In this document: in pieces, positions 1 through 9,945 of the stretch
How the letters are laid out: each line of letters starts with the position of its first letter
Position numbering within the stretch: the first letter of the stretch is position 1
Source: Meiothermus sp.
GTDB lineage: Bacteria; Deinococcota; Deinococci; Deinococcales; Thermaceae
NCBI GenBank assembly: GCA_033762915.1
Contig: JANRLD010000071.1
Span: 1 to 64,000, forward strand
Reading direction: 5' to 3'
Length of the DNA: 64,000 nucleotides
Made by a program: the position numbers and the translations under genes
Notes under the pieces: model-generated
Database searches by the model: none
Told to the model about the DNA's origin: nothing
Seen by the model: only the letters and a program-made list of their open reading frames with translations

Positions 1-1
1 G

Positions 2-661
2 AGCGACCTGCGCCTCGTGGGGTACCGGGGCGGCGACAGTTTCGACCCCGATCCGGAGTGGGACGCCAGCGGTTTAAGTGACCCGCGCAAGTTCACCGCC
101 CTCAGCTGGCTGCGCAACAACTGGGGCCAGCTAAGACTTAACGGCGCACCGGTTCCCACACTGCTGAGTGGAACTGTTGGTTTGGGCGGATACAGTGTCA
201 CCAATATCTCCTGGAATACCAGCACACGCTCCTACCGCTACGACCTCCAACGTACGGTGTACACCCACGACCGCGCCACGCGCCAGTTGCGACGCGAGCA
301 AGACCTGCTAACTTGCGACCAGGCCACTCTGGCCTGCACACTGGACCGGGATGGCCAACCCGAGGCCATGATCGAGGGCCTCGAGGCCTTGCACGTCTTT
401 TTTCAGAGCCGCACCGGGGCTTGGAGCTTGACCCCTCCGCCTGCGGCGTCCCTGGTCCGCATGGCGGTATACCTGCGCGGCCGTAGCCCCCGCCCAATCG
501 GACCCGGCCAATGTGGTCCGTGGCCGTCATCGCAAGCCCAACTCCCCTCGAGTTTGTCCAGTCTTGGCCTTAGCCCGGTCAGCTACCTTGGGGCTGAGTG
601 TTCCTACCGGCGGGCCGAAAGGACCCTCAGCGTGTACGTGGTGAACCCCCAACAGTACTGA
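2..661 (+). CDS. PilW-like type IV pilus minor pilin/assembly protein (5' partial)
   Basis: Frame is open from the window edge and reads SDLRLVGYRG (PilW-type 'DLRxxGY' after the pilin helix). Ends RRAERTLSVYVVNP and is followed by a PilX-like gene. Confidence 0.65.
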   Translation, partial: SDLRLVGYRGGDSFDPDPEWDASGLSDPRKFTALSWLRNNWGQLRLNGAPVPTLLSGTVGLGGYSVTNISWNTSTRSYRYDLQRTVYTHDRATRQLRREQDLLTCDQATLACTLDRDGQPEAMIEGLEALHVFFQSRTGAWSLTPPPAASLVRMAVYLRGRSPRPIGPGQCGPWPSSQAQLPSSLSSLGLSPVSYLGAECSYRRAERTLSVYVVNPQQY

Positions 662-683
662 GGTTGGGAAAGGAGCAAAAGAG

Positions 684-2159
684 ATGAAACAAACAGGTTT
701 TGCTCTTGTCGCAACTTTGGGTGTGGCCTCACTCATTTTGATTCTCGGTCTGGCCATGGTTAACCTTTCCCAGACCAACCTTCAGATAGCCACCAACAGC
801 CGGATCAATACCGAGGCCCGATACGCTGCCGAAGGTGGCATTGACGCGGCAATCGCCACCCTCAACCAGGGTGTACTCGACGATACCCGTGATCTACAGA
901 TCGGCAGCTATGCGGTCACTGTTAGCGTGGAAGACCTTAACACCTCTGACGACACCGAGGCTCAGGACGAAGAAGACGCCTCCGACCCCACCGAAGCCGA
1001 GATTGACGCCGAAGAGCAGAGCATCTTCCTGATCACCAGCCGCGCGGTCGGCCCCGGAAACGCCGAGTATGAAGCCAGCGCGGTCGTCGCGGTGGACGGT
1101 TCTCCCTCAAGTTGGGACGAGAACTACGTGACCGACGTGCTGAACTCTGGGCCAGGTATCATCACGGAGGGCTTGTGTAAACTCAACACCTCTAAAGCCG
1201 GGGGAAGCACCATCCCTCAGGGCATCCACTGTAATCGGGGATTTGACCTCAAGGGCGGACTCGTGATCGGGTCGGGCGGCACCAATGACGACGCCACCGC
1301 CTCGTGCGACACCACCAACCGGCGCAAGTGCAAGTGCAAGGACAAGATCACTTCCAGCGGCCGTCTCGTCGGCGACTACTGTGTGAGCAAGAGGCAGCCC
1401 CGATACCTCCGCCCCGCGATGTCGGTGCCAATTCCCAACTACACCTCCCTAAAGAACTCGCTATACCCCGTGCGCACCGACTATGGCCCTGTTGATGTGG
1501 GGGGCCACGTAACAGCCAAGAACATTACGGACTTGATCCCGGGTTTCGTGCCCGCTTCTTCTCCAGCCCAGAGGGTGATTGTGCTCAGCGGAAACGGCCA
1601 CCTGAACTTTAGCTCTGGACTCGAGCTGAAAAACGTTGTCTTGGTCATGGAAAGCCGCTCGAGCGTTCAGATCAGCGGCGACGTGAAGTTGGATAACAGC
1701 CTTCTGATTGTAAACAAGGTGCGCATCACCGGGAACCTCGAACTCAAGAACAGCCGGCTGCTGGCCAACCGCGAAGTCAGCATAAACTCTGGTTCCGTCA
1801 CCTACTCCGGAGTCTCCACACTGGCGTCGGGCCGTCACGTCAAACTGGTACGGGCCGACATTACCGGTCCTAACGACGATAAGAACATCCTCAACCTGTT
1901 TGCCAGCCGTGACGTGAAAGGGGCCGGCCAGATCAGGGCCCAGACCGCCCTGATTGCCGGGGGAAAGTTCAACTACAAACAAAAAAAGGGCAAAGCTCTC
2001 GAGGTTGAGGGCTCGATTCTGGCCAAGCGCGAAGTCAAGATCAAGGGAATAGCCCGGATTCAACCGGCGGGATTGACCCCACCTAACCCCGATCTCCAGC
2101 TCATCCTGACCCGACCAGCGTCCCCAGATGTCACCGTTGAAGTGGTGAGCCGAAAGTAA
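684..2159 (+). CDS. PilX N-terminal domain minor pilin-like protein with beta-helix-like C-terminus
   Basis: SD AAGGAG upstream. MKQTG-FALVATL prepilin-like leader and hydrophobic helix, 'ARYAAEGGI' PilX motif, repetitive beta-rich C-terminus. Confidence 0.75.
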   Translation: MKQTGFALVATLGVASLILILGLAMVNLSQTNLQIATNSRINTEARYAAEGGIDAAIATLNQGVLDDTRDLQIGSYAVTVSVEDLNTSDDTEAQDEEDASDPTEAEIDAEEQSIFLITSRAVGPGNAEYEASAVVAVDGSPSSWDENYVTDVLNSGPGIITEGLCKLNTSKAGGSTIPQGIHCNRGFDLKGGLVIGSGGTNDDATASCDTTNRRKCKCKDKITSSGRLVGDYCVSKRQPRYLRPAMSVPIPNYTSLKNSLYPVRTDYGPVDVGGHVTAKNITDLIPGFVPASSPAQRVIVLSGNGHLNFSSGLELKNVVLVMESRSSVQISGDVKLDNSLLIVNKVRITGNLELKNSRLLANREVSINSGSVTYSGVSTLASGRHVKLVRADITGPNDDKNILNLFASRDVKGAGQIRAQTALIAGGKFNYKQKKGKALEVEGSILAKREVKIKGIARIQPAGLTPPNPDLQLILTRPASPDVTVEVVSRK

Positions 2160-2256
2160 AAAGGGTTCGGAGAACTCAATACCGAAAAGTCGGCTTATCT
2201 ACTCACCGGTCTCCGCTAGACCGCCTCGAGCGAAGACGAGGCATACTCCGTTGCCC

Positions 2257-3870
2257 CTAACGGTTCAACAATTCACCCATTTGTCTTCTGACCGCCTCGA
2301 GTCGGGCCGGGTTCTTCTCCCAGTCGGCCATGCTTCTCGCCAGCTCTTCAGCCGCCGTTCCCAGCCGGATGCTCAGGCCGCGCTCGCGGATGAGCCTGAG
2401 GTACTCGTAGTCTTCAATTCCGTCCCGCAACCACTTTACCCGCAGCGAGGGCACCAGCGAGGTGGGCATGCCCACTGCGTCGCCGGGGTAGAACCAGAGG
2501 CCGTCGCCGTTGAAGGCCCGGTTGGCGTTAAAGTACCGCACGTCCGTCCAGGGGTCCTGGCGCCGCTGCCAGGAGGCGTCGTAGTAGTCGGCCGCCCAGC
2601 CAAAAAAGCCGGTCAGGCCGAGATTGTACAGCAGCACGCCCGAGGATACCCGGAAGTTCATGGGGCTGTAGTCTAGGAGCCACTGTGGGGCGTAGGGGGT
2701 GTCGCGATTGATCAGGGCCGTGTAGTACCAGAAAGACGAACCACGCTGCCGCGCGGCCTCGAGCAGCCCGCTGCGCTGGGCCTCTGAGTACATCTCGGCG
2801 TTGACCGAGAAGATGTCCACCAGGGGCCTGCCGCTCTCGCCCTCCAGCAGCTCCCGGCGTGGGTGCAGGGTGCTCATGTGCCCCACCCCGGCCACCCGCA
2901 TATTGCGCGACCAGTTGCGGATATCGGGCAGCAGATTGATTCCGCGCTGGTCGCACACGTCGAGTTCGTCGAAGGCGAAGTTGTAGACCGGCACCCCCAC
3001 CTGGCGGGCCTGGCTGGCGGCCTGAAACTCGGCCACGCTGGGCGCAGAGCGGGCGCGGCAGGTCTCGGCGTTGGCCCCGCTCCAGATGCCCAGATCGATG
3101 TAGTTCATCCCGTATCGGTCGGCGAACTCTCGCACCTCTGCGGGTTCGACACGACCGGGCATCAGGCGATTGCGAAGCAGCTCGGCCCTGGCGGCACGGG
3201 TTTTGAGGTTCCATAGGGGGAAGAACGACTGCACGCTGGGCCTCAGCGGCAGCTCGAAGTTCCAGACCGTAAGGCTGATTTGCCCCTCGAGGGTTCCGTT
3301 CACGCTGGAGAGCCGGTAGCTGCCCAGGTAGCGGCCCGCCGCCGCGTTGCGCGGGACGCTCACCTCGACCCAGAAGGGCTGGTTGCGCCCGGGCTGTACG
3401 TCCACCGGGACTGCCTGAAAGCGGCCCCCGGACAGCGGACGTCCGGTGCTGGGGTCGCTGAAGGGGATCAGTGCGTCGGCGTACCATCCCGGGCCTTGAG
3501 AGCGGTTGGGGCTGCCCGCGAAGCTGGGACTGGGGTCGGTGATTTGGACATAGTGTTGACGGTAAAGAGAGATGTTCTGGCCGCCGATCACGGCCCCGTT
3601 GGGTCCACGCAGGTCGGAAACCTCGAGGCTGGCCCCCTTCACCCCACGGTCGCCCGTCAGAACCACCTGAAAAGCTTCGGACTCGCCCCTGGCCGCGAAC
3701 AGCTCGGCGTTGCGACTGGGGCCAGGAGCGGACTCGAGTCCGACGCGCTCGAGGGGACCCGCCGTCCAGGCCCGGACGGGGCCGGTTGGGTCGATGGGAA
3801 TCACGGGGGAGGGGCAGCCGGTGAGTACGAAAAGTAAAGTCAACGCGAACGGCAGGCGCACAAAACGCAT
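2257..3870 (-). CDS. DUF4091/GH123-like glycoside hydrolase family lipoprotein
   Basis: Start re-assigned to ATG 3870 (TACACT box 7 nt upstream). Lipobox LTGC. Motifs AARGESEAFQVV, W..D.L.P, F..DE and C-terminal GDG...YPG...PSLR...LRDGIEDYEY typical of DUF4091 proteins. Confidence 0.75.
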   Translation of the reverse strand: MRFVRLPFALTLLFVLTGCPSPVIPIDPTGPVRAWTAGPLERVGLESAPGPSRNAELFAARGESEAFQVVLTGDRGVKGASLEVSDLRGPNGAVIGGQNISLYRQHYVQITDPSPSFAGSPNRSQGPGWYADALIPFSDPSTGRPLSGGRFQAVPVDVQPGRNQPFWVEVSVPRNAAAGRYLGSYRLSSVNGTLEGQISLTVWNFELPLRPSVQSFFPLWNLKTRAARAELLRNRLMPGRVEPAEVREFADRYGMNYIDLGIWSGANAETCRARSAPSVAEFQAASQARQVGVPVYNFAFDELDVCDQRGINLLPDIRNWSRNMRVAGVGHMSTLHPRRELLEGESGRPLVDIFSVNAEMYSEAQRSGLLEAARQRGSSFWYYTALINRDTPYAPQWLLDYSPMNFRVSSGVLLYNLGLTGFFGWAADYYDASWQRRQDPWTDVRYFNANRAFNGDGLWFYPGDAVGMPTSLVPSLRVKWLRDGIEDYEYLRLIRERGLSIRLGTAAEELARSMADWEKNPARLEAVRRQMGELLNR

Positions 3871-3973
3871 ATCCGTAAGTGTAGGTGAACAGGGCAATGA
3901 GAAGGTTAGTGAGCGTTGCTGAGTTCCCGGTGCCGGAAACTGAGCGGCAGCGGGTGGGCGACAGCGGACTGGG

Positions 3974-4942
3974 TCAGTCCAAGGCATCCCCCCAATCCAG
4001 CCTACGCGCAGCCTGATACGCCTCGCCGTTGCGCTTGCTAAAGGTCTGCTCCGACTCGCTGCCATCAGCCGCGCACAGCCGCAGCCGCAGGTGCCCACTG
4101 CCGCCCTTGGTAGGTGCGATGACCCGCCCACGAGGGAAGGCGACTCGCGCCCTGGCAACCGCCAGGTAGATAAACTTCTCGTCCTCCCAGGGCACGTCCC
4201 CGCCCTTAGCCAGCCGGTGGATGCGTGAGCGGGCCACCCGCCTCGAGAAGTGGCACCACTCGCCTTCCAGGCGGGTCAGCGGGCAGGTCTGGGTGTGGGG
4301 GCAGGGTGCGACCAGGTTTGCACCAAGCCCCAGGAGCTGATCCCGGGCATCGAGGATGCGCCGCCAGCCGGCAGGCGTCCCCGGCTCAACAATCAGGAGC
4401 GTGTCGGCGGTGAGGTTCCAGAGTTGGCCGATCAGTGCTGAGCGAACGGGTGGCTCGAGTTCGTCGAGCACATAGGCCAGCGTTACAAGGTCGTGCGGCT
4501 TTAGGGCGGGGAGCGGGTTGCGCAGGTCGGCGGTTTTCCAGTCGGTTTGGACAAGTGATGCCGCCGAAAGCTCCTTGCCCCAGCGCCGCATGGCCTCGGA
4601 GCCCTCGAGCAGGGTCGCTTGCTCGAGACTTGCCCAACAATTCTGGGCCGCCCAAACTGCCGCGCCGGTGCCGCTGCCCACATCGAGCAAGGCGCGCGGC
4701 CCAAAGTCGGGCCGCAGCTCGGAGAGGTAGCCGAGGGCTGCTCGGGCCGCCGCGTAGGTTGCGGGCATCCGGGTTGCCATGTAGGCCTTGGCTTGTAGGT
4801 CGCTCGAGACATGCCAGCGCCCGTCGCGGGTCTCGGCCCGGTAACGCTGGGAGAGCGCCTCGGCGGCTCTGGCGAGGTCGGCGGCCGGGGTGTGTTCGAG
4901 GGCCTGGTCTACGGCGTGACGGAGGGGGGGCGGGAGTTCCAT
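3974..4942 (-). CDS. Rsm22-family SAM-dependent methyltransferase
   Basis: AYxATRMPATY, LDVGSGTG, EPGTPAG, APCPH...CP...WCHF and EDEKF motifs. Start MELPPP at 4942 with GAGGT SD. Confidence 0.85.
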   Translation of the reverse strand: MELPPPLRHAVDQALEHTPAADLARAAEALSQRYRAETRDGRWHVSSDLQAKAYMATRMPATYAAARAALGYLSELRPDFGPRALLDVGSGTGAAVWAAQNCWASLEQATLLEGSEAMRRWGKELSAASLVQTDWKTADLRNPLPALKPHDLVTLAYVLDELEPPVRSALIGQLWNLTADTLLIVEPGTPAGWRRILDARDQLLGLGANLVAPCPHTQTCPLTRLEGEWCHFSRRVARSRIHRLAKGGDVPWEDEKFIYLAVARARVAFPRGRVIAPTKGGSGHLRLRLCAADGSESEQTFSKRNGEAYQAARRLDWGDALD

Positions 4943-4944
4943 GG

Positions 4945-5454
4945 CTACCTCGTGATGACATATAGATGGTCGGGATGGGTATACCCCTCGAGAATGACTT
5001 CCTTCTCGAGCTTCATCCCTAGCCTCTCGGCCACCCGCACCGAGGCCCCATTTCCAGGGTCGATCCTGGCCACGATGCGGGACAGCCCGAGGTGGAGCAG
5101 GCCGTGCTCGAGAACCGCTCGAGCGGCCTCGGTGGCGTAGCCCGAGCCCCATCGGGATCGAGCCAGCCGGTACCCCAGGGCGATTTCAGTCCGGCCCTCG
5201 AGTTCTTCGTTTTCCAGTCCGCAGTAGCCCACTAAGGCTCGGCTGTCGCGTTCGGTCACGGCGTACCTCCCAAAGCTGTGCCGCCGTTGCTGCTCGAGTT
5301 CGCGCCGAATCCACCCTTCAACCCAGGTTGTGTCTCGCACCCCTTTGTCGCTATAGGCCATCACCTCGGGGTCGCCAAAGATGGCCATCAGGGCCACGGC
5401 ATCGCCGGGCTCAAGCAGGCGAAGCAGCAGGCGAGGGGTCTGCAAAGTGACCAT
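4945..5454 (-). CDS. GNAT (RimJ/RimL-type) N-acetyltransferase
   Basis: LQTPRLLLR N-terminus, WGSGYATEAA and N.AS.RVAERLGM motifs. Confidence 0.85.
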   Translation of the reverse strand: MVTLQTPRLLLRLLEPGDAVALMAIFGDPEVMAYSDKGVRDTTWVEGWIRRELEQQRRHSFGRYAVTERDSRALVGYCGLENEELEGRTEIALGYRLARSRWGSGYATEAARAVLEHGLLHLGLSRIVARIDPGNGASVRVAERLGMKLEKEVILEGYTHPDHLYVITR

Positions 5455-5497
5455 GTCCAAAGCGGGCCGGTCTCGAGGGGCATATTCAAGACCTGAG

Positions 5498-6178
5498 ATG
5501 AACCCAAGCAATTCTAGCGCTTCCAGTGACCCCAACCGTGGGGTCATTTTTCTTTAGGGACTGTCCGGCTCGGGCAAGGGAACGCTGGGACAGCGTTTGT
5601 TGTCGGACGCACTGACCCAGGCACACCTCTCGATGGTCGACCTGCTGCGCGGGTTGATTCCCTCGGTGGAGCAGAACCCGAGTTCTCGAGAGGCAGTGGA
5701 AGCCTTTCTCGAGGGCGAACCGCCCGAGGGGCCCCTCTCCAAGCTGGAATGGCTGACGCACTGCGTGTAGAAGGGCTTGCTGGTTCCCAACACCTGGACG
5801 CAGGCGGTGATCGAGCACCAGCTGACCCATCGCCCCAAACTACAAAGCCAGCCTTGGCCTATTGACGGCTACCCCCGCCGGGTCAGGACGGCGCGGCACC
5901 TTCTTGAATCTCTTAGCCGCGCCCGCGTTCCGGTCTGGGCAGTCGTGCACCTACGGGTCTCGGAGCCGGAAGCCACCCGCCGCCTCTTGGCTCGAGGTCG
6001 CCTCGATGACACCGCCGGGACCATCGCGGAGCGATTTCGCTTCTTTCGGGAAAACGTGATGCCAACATTGGAATATCTCGAGGGCGCTCTGGGTCGCGGT
6101 CGGGTCTTGCACGTAGATGCGGAGGGCTCGAGCGAGGCCGTGTACGCTCGAGTCAACTCCCGTCTCTCGCGGCTGTGA
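5498..6178 (+). pseudogene. Adenylate/nucleoside monophosphate kinase homolog with two in-frame TAG stops
   Basis: One frame from ATG 5498 reads GVIFL*GLSGSGKGT (P-loop), HLSMVDLLR, HCV*KGLLVP, IDGYPR, RGRLDD, VDAEGS. TAG codons at 5555-5557 and 5768-5770. Confidence 0.8.
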
Positions 6179-6239
6179 GGGCAATCTGTCCCCCCGCGAA
6201 GGGCTAGATTAGAGCCAGAGTCCTTCGCAGGAGGTCAGC

Positions 6240-9200
6240 ATGCGTCAGGTAATCACCCTAGACGGCAACGAGGCGGTCGCAAGGGTCGCCCACAAGCTCA
6301 ACGAGGTCATCGCCATCTATCCCATCACCCCATCGTCACCGATGGGCGAGTTTGCCGACCAGTGGAGCGCCCAGCGCGGCACCAATCTGTGGGGAACGGT
6401 GCCCCTAGTGCAGGAGATGCAGTCGGAGGGCGGGGCAGCGGGGGCGGTGCACGGGGCGCTGCAAACCGGCGCACTCACCACCACCTTCACCGCCAGCCAA
6501 GGCCTGCTCCTGATGATCCCAAATATGTACAAGATTGCTGGGGAGCTGACCCCAACGGTCTTCCACATCGCGGCCCGATCTCTGGCTGCGCAAGGTCTGT
6601 CCATCTTCGGTGACCACTCCGACGTGATGGCTACACGGTCCACCGGCTGGGCCATGCTCTTTGCGGGCTCGGTACAGGAGGCCCAGGACTTCGCGTTGGT
6701 GGCCCAGGCCTCCACCCTAAAGAGCCGTATCCCTTTCCTGCACGTGATGGACGGCTTCCGCACCTCGCACGAGGTCATGAAAATCGAGGCCCTCTCCGAC
6801 GACGACCTCCGCTCCCTGGTTGCTGAAGACCTGATCCGCGCGCACCGCGCCCGCGCCCTCTCCCCGGATCACCCGGTAATGCGCGGTACTGCCCAGAACC
6901 CCGACGTGTACTTCCAGGCTCGAGAGACCGTCAACCCGTTCTACGCCGAAGTTCCGGGCATCGTGCAGGGCTACCTCAACCGGCTGGCCGAGCGCACCGG
7001 GCGGCAGTACGGGCTGTTCGACTACTTCGGGGCACCCGATGCCGAGCGCGTGGTGGTGATGATGGGATCTGGGGCCGAAGCCGCGCAGGAGGCAGTGGAA
7101 TATCTGGTCGAAAAGGGCGAGAAGGTCGGGCTGGTGAAGGTACGGCTGTACCGCCCTTTCGACGTATCGGCTTTCATGGCGGCGCTGCCCCCCAGCGTGC
7201 AGACCGTCGCGGTGCTCGACCGCACCAAGGAGCCAGGCGGCGCCGGCGAGCCGCTCTATCAGGACGTGCTGACCGCGCTGGCCGAGGTGGGTACAATGCG
7301 GCCCAGGGTGATTGGGGGACGGTACGGGCTGGCCTCCAAGGAGTTCACCCCGGCGATGGTGATGGGGCTGTTGGAGGAGATGAGAAAGCCCGCGCCTAAA
7401 AACCATTTCACCCTTGGGATTGTGGACGACGTGTCTTACACCAGCCTGACCTACGACGCTTCGATTTCGGTCGAGGGGCCTGAGGTTAAGCGCTCGGTCT
7501 TCTGGGGTCTGGGCTCTGACGGCACAGTGGGGGCCAATAAGAACTCCATCAAAATCATCGGCGAAGAAACTGAGTTTTTTGCCCAAGGGTATTTCGTCTA
7601 CGACTCTAAAAAGTCTGGCGCACGCACGGTCAGCCACCTGCGCTTCGGCCCCAAGCCGATCCGCTCGACTTACCTGATCTCCCAGGCCGACTTCGTGGCG
7701 GTGCATCAGTTCGGATTCCTCGAGCGCTTCGACGTGCTCGAGACCGCGCAGCACGGGGCCACCCTACTGGTCAACAGCCCCTACGGCCCCGAGGAGACCT
7801 GGGCCCACCTCAACCGTGGCGTTCAGGAGCAGATCATCGCGAAGGGTCTGGAGGTCTACGTCATCAACGCCAACCAGGTCGCCAAGGAAGCTGGCCTGGG
7901 TAGCCTTATGAACACCGTGATGCAGGTCTGCTTCTTCGCGCTCTGTGGGGTGCTACTCCGTGACGAGGCCATCGGAAAGATAAAAGATGCCATCCGCAAG
8001 ACCTACGGTAAGCGCGGCGAGGCGGTGGTGCGGAAGAACTTTGCGGCGGTGGACGCGGCCTTGGCCAACCTGCGCCGACTCGAGGTACCGCTCGAGGCTA
8101 CCAGCGCCATAATCGCTCCTCCGGTGGTCTCGCCCAATGCGCCCGCTTTTGTGCAGATGGTCACCGCCCCCATGATCGCTGGGCGGGGGGACAGCCTGCC
8201 CGTGAGCCTGCTGCCCGCCGACGGTACCTACCCCACCGGAACGACCCAGTGGGAGAAACGTAACATCGCGCAGGAGGTGCCGGTCTGGGACCCCGCCGTC
8301 TGCATCCAGTGCGGAAAATGTGTTCTGGTTTGTCCGCATGCGGTGATCCGGGCTAAGGTCGCGCCGCCCGAGGCTTTTTCTGCGGCACCGGACGGCTTCC
8401 AGACCTCCCGGGCCATGTGGAAGGGCCTCGAGGACCAGCGCTATACGCTTCAGGTGGCCGTGGAGGACTGTACCGGCTGCACCCTTTGTGTAGAGGTCTG
8501 CCCGGCCAAGAACAAGAGCTCGGTGGGGCGTAAGGCCATCAACATGGAGCCGCAACTGCCGCTGCGCGAGCAGGGGCGCAATAACTGGGAGTTCTTCCTC
8601 GGTCTGCCCGAGGCTGCGCCCCCTGACCTGAGCTACTCCAACGTGAAAAACGTCCAGCTCCTGCACCCGCTGTTCGAGTTTTCCGGGGCCTGCGCGGGCT
8701 GCGGCGAGACTCCATACCTCAAGCTCCTCAGCCAGCTGTTCGGGGATCGCAGCTTGATTGCCAACGCCACCGGTTGCTCGAGCATCTACGGGGGTAACCT
8801 CCCCACCACGCCCTGGTCGAAAAACCGCCAAGGGCGCGGCCCCGCCTGGAGCAACTCGCTCTTCGAGGACAACGCCGAGTTTGGGCTGGGGATGCGGCTT
8901 ACGTTGGACAAGCAACTCGAGTACGCCAGGGAACTGCTCCTGAGCTTGCGCCAGACTTTGGGCGCGGAGCTGGTGGACTCGCTGCTTTCCGCCGACCAGA
9001 CCGGCGACGGCGGAATATCGGCCCAGCGGGCTCGAGTGACCGAGCTGAAGTCGAGACTGCAGGGCTTGGAGGACCCCAAGGCCAAAGACCTGCTGGGCCT
9101 GTCCGACGTGCTGGTACGCAAAACCGTCTGGATCGTGGGTGGCGACGGATGGGCCTACGACATTGGCTTCGGCGGTCTGGATCACGTGTTGGCCACCGGA

Positions 9201-9809
9201 CGAAACGTCAACCTACTGGTGTTGGACACTGAGGTCTATTCCAACACCGGCGGCCAGTCGTCTAAGGCCACCGCGCTGGGGGCGGTGGCCAAGTTCGCCT
9301 CAGGCGGCAAGGCCACCCCCAAGAAAGACCTTGGCCGCATCGCCATGAGCTACGGCTACGTCTATGTGGCTCAGATTGCGATGGGGGCCAACGACGCCCA
9401 TACCGTCAAGGCCCTACTCGAGGCCGAGTCCTACGACGGCCCCTCCCTCGTAATCGCCTACAGCCATTGCATCGCCCACGGGATCGACATGGCCAAAGGC
9501 ATGGAGCAACAGAAGTTGGCCTCCGAGTCGGCCTATTGGCCCCTTTACCGCTTCGACCCCCGGCTCAGGGTGCAGGGCAAGAACCCCTTCCAACTCGACT
9601 CCAAGCCGCCGAAAATCTCGTTTAAGGACTATGCCCTCAACGAAAACCGCTACCGGATGCTGCGCCAGATCAACCCTACCGAGGCCGACCGGCTGATGGC
9701 GGCCGCCGAGGAGGCCGTAAGCACACGTTGGCTGGAGTATGAGCGTCTGGCCCGGCCTTTTGAGGACCCTGGCCCCAGACCCGGCCAGGCCATACGGGAG
9801 GAGGCGTGA
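6240..9809 (+). CDS. nifJ: Pyruvate:ferredoxin (flavodoxin) oxidoreductase
   Basis: DGNEA, YPITPSS, QSEGGA, CIQCGKC and CTGCTLC ferredoxin motifs, ACAGCGE, GGDGWAYDIG TPP motif. SD GGAGG. Confidence 0.97.
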   Translation: MRQVITLDGNEAVARVAHKLNEVIAIYPITPSSPMGEFADQWSAQRGTNLWGTVPLVQEMQSEGGAAGAVHGALQTGALTTTFTASQGLLLMIPNMYKIAGELTPTVFHIAARSLAAQGLSIFGDHSDVMATRSTGWAMLFAGSVQEAQDFALVAQASTLKSRIPFLHVMDGFRTSHEVMKIEALSDDDLRSLVAEDLIRAHRARALSPDHPVMRGTAQNPDVYFQARETVNPFYAEVPGIVQGYLNRLAERTGRQYGLFDYFGAPDAERVVVMMGSGAEAAQEAVEYLVEKGEKVGLVKVRLYRPFDVSAFMAALPPSVQTVAVLDRTKEPGGAGEPLYQDVLTALAEVGTMRPRVIGGRYGLASKEFTPAMVMGLLEEMRKPAPKNHFTLGIVDDVSYTSLTYDASISVEGPEVKRSVFWGLGSDGTVGANKNSIKIIGEETEFFAQGYFVYDSKKSGARTVSHLRFGPKPIRSTYLISQADFVAVHQFGFLERFDVLETAQHGATLLVNSPYGPEETWAHLNRGVQEQIIAKGLEVYVINANQVAKEAGLGSLMNTVMQVCFFALCGVLLRDEAIGKIKDAIRKTYGKRGEAVVRKNFAAVDAALANLRRLEVPLEATSAIIAPPVVSPNAPAFVQMVTAPMIAGRGDSLPVSLLPADGTYPTGTTQWEKRNIAQEVPVWDPAVCIQCGKCVLVCPHAVIRAKVAPPEAFSAAPDGFQTSRAMWKGLEDQRYTLQVAVEDCTGCTLCVEVCPAKNKSSVGRKAINMEPQLPLREQGRNNWEFFLGLPEAAPPDLSYSNVKNVQLLHPLFEFSGACAGCGETPYLKLLSQLFGDRSLIANATGCSSIYGGNLPTTPWSKNRQGRGPAWSNSLFEDNAEFGLGMRLTLDKQLEYARELLLSLRQTLGAELVDSLLSADQTGDGGISAQRARVTELKSRLQGLEDPKAKDLLGLSDVLVRKTVWIVGGDGWAYDIGFGGLDHVLATGRNVNLLVLDTEVYSNTGGQSSKATALGAVAKFASGGKATPKKDLGRIAMSYGYVYVAQIAMGANDAHTVKALLEAESYDGPSLVIAYSHCIAHGIDMAKGMEQQKLASESAYWPLYRFDPRLRVQGKNPFQLDSKPPKISFKDYALNENRYRMLRQINPTEADRLMAAAEEAVSTRWLEYERLARPFEDPGPRPGQAIREEA

Positions 9810-9945
9810 CCTTCGGCTGGCCCGTTCAAGCAGCTTTTCCGTTCAGTCCAGCAAATTCTGCTTGGCTGAACCCAGAAGCTCTACCGATGGCCACTCGTTT
9901 TTACGGTATGCAGCAACGAACCAGGGACTCTAGAAGGGAGCAACC

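Noticed and set aside
5555..5770. Genome-wide amber recoding or pyrrolysine as the explanation for the in-frame TAGs
   Set aside because: TAG is the normal terminator of conserved genes here (gpsA, coaD, sua5), and no pyl genes are seen.
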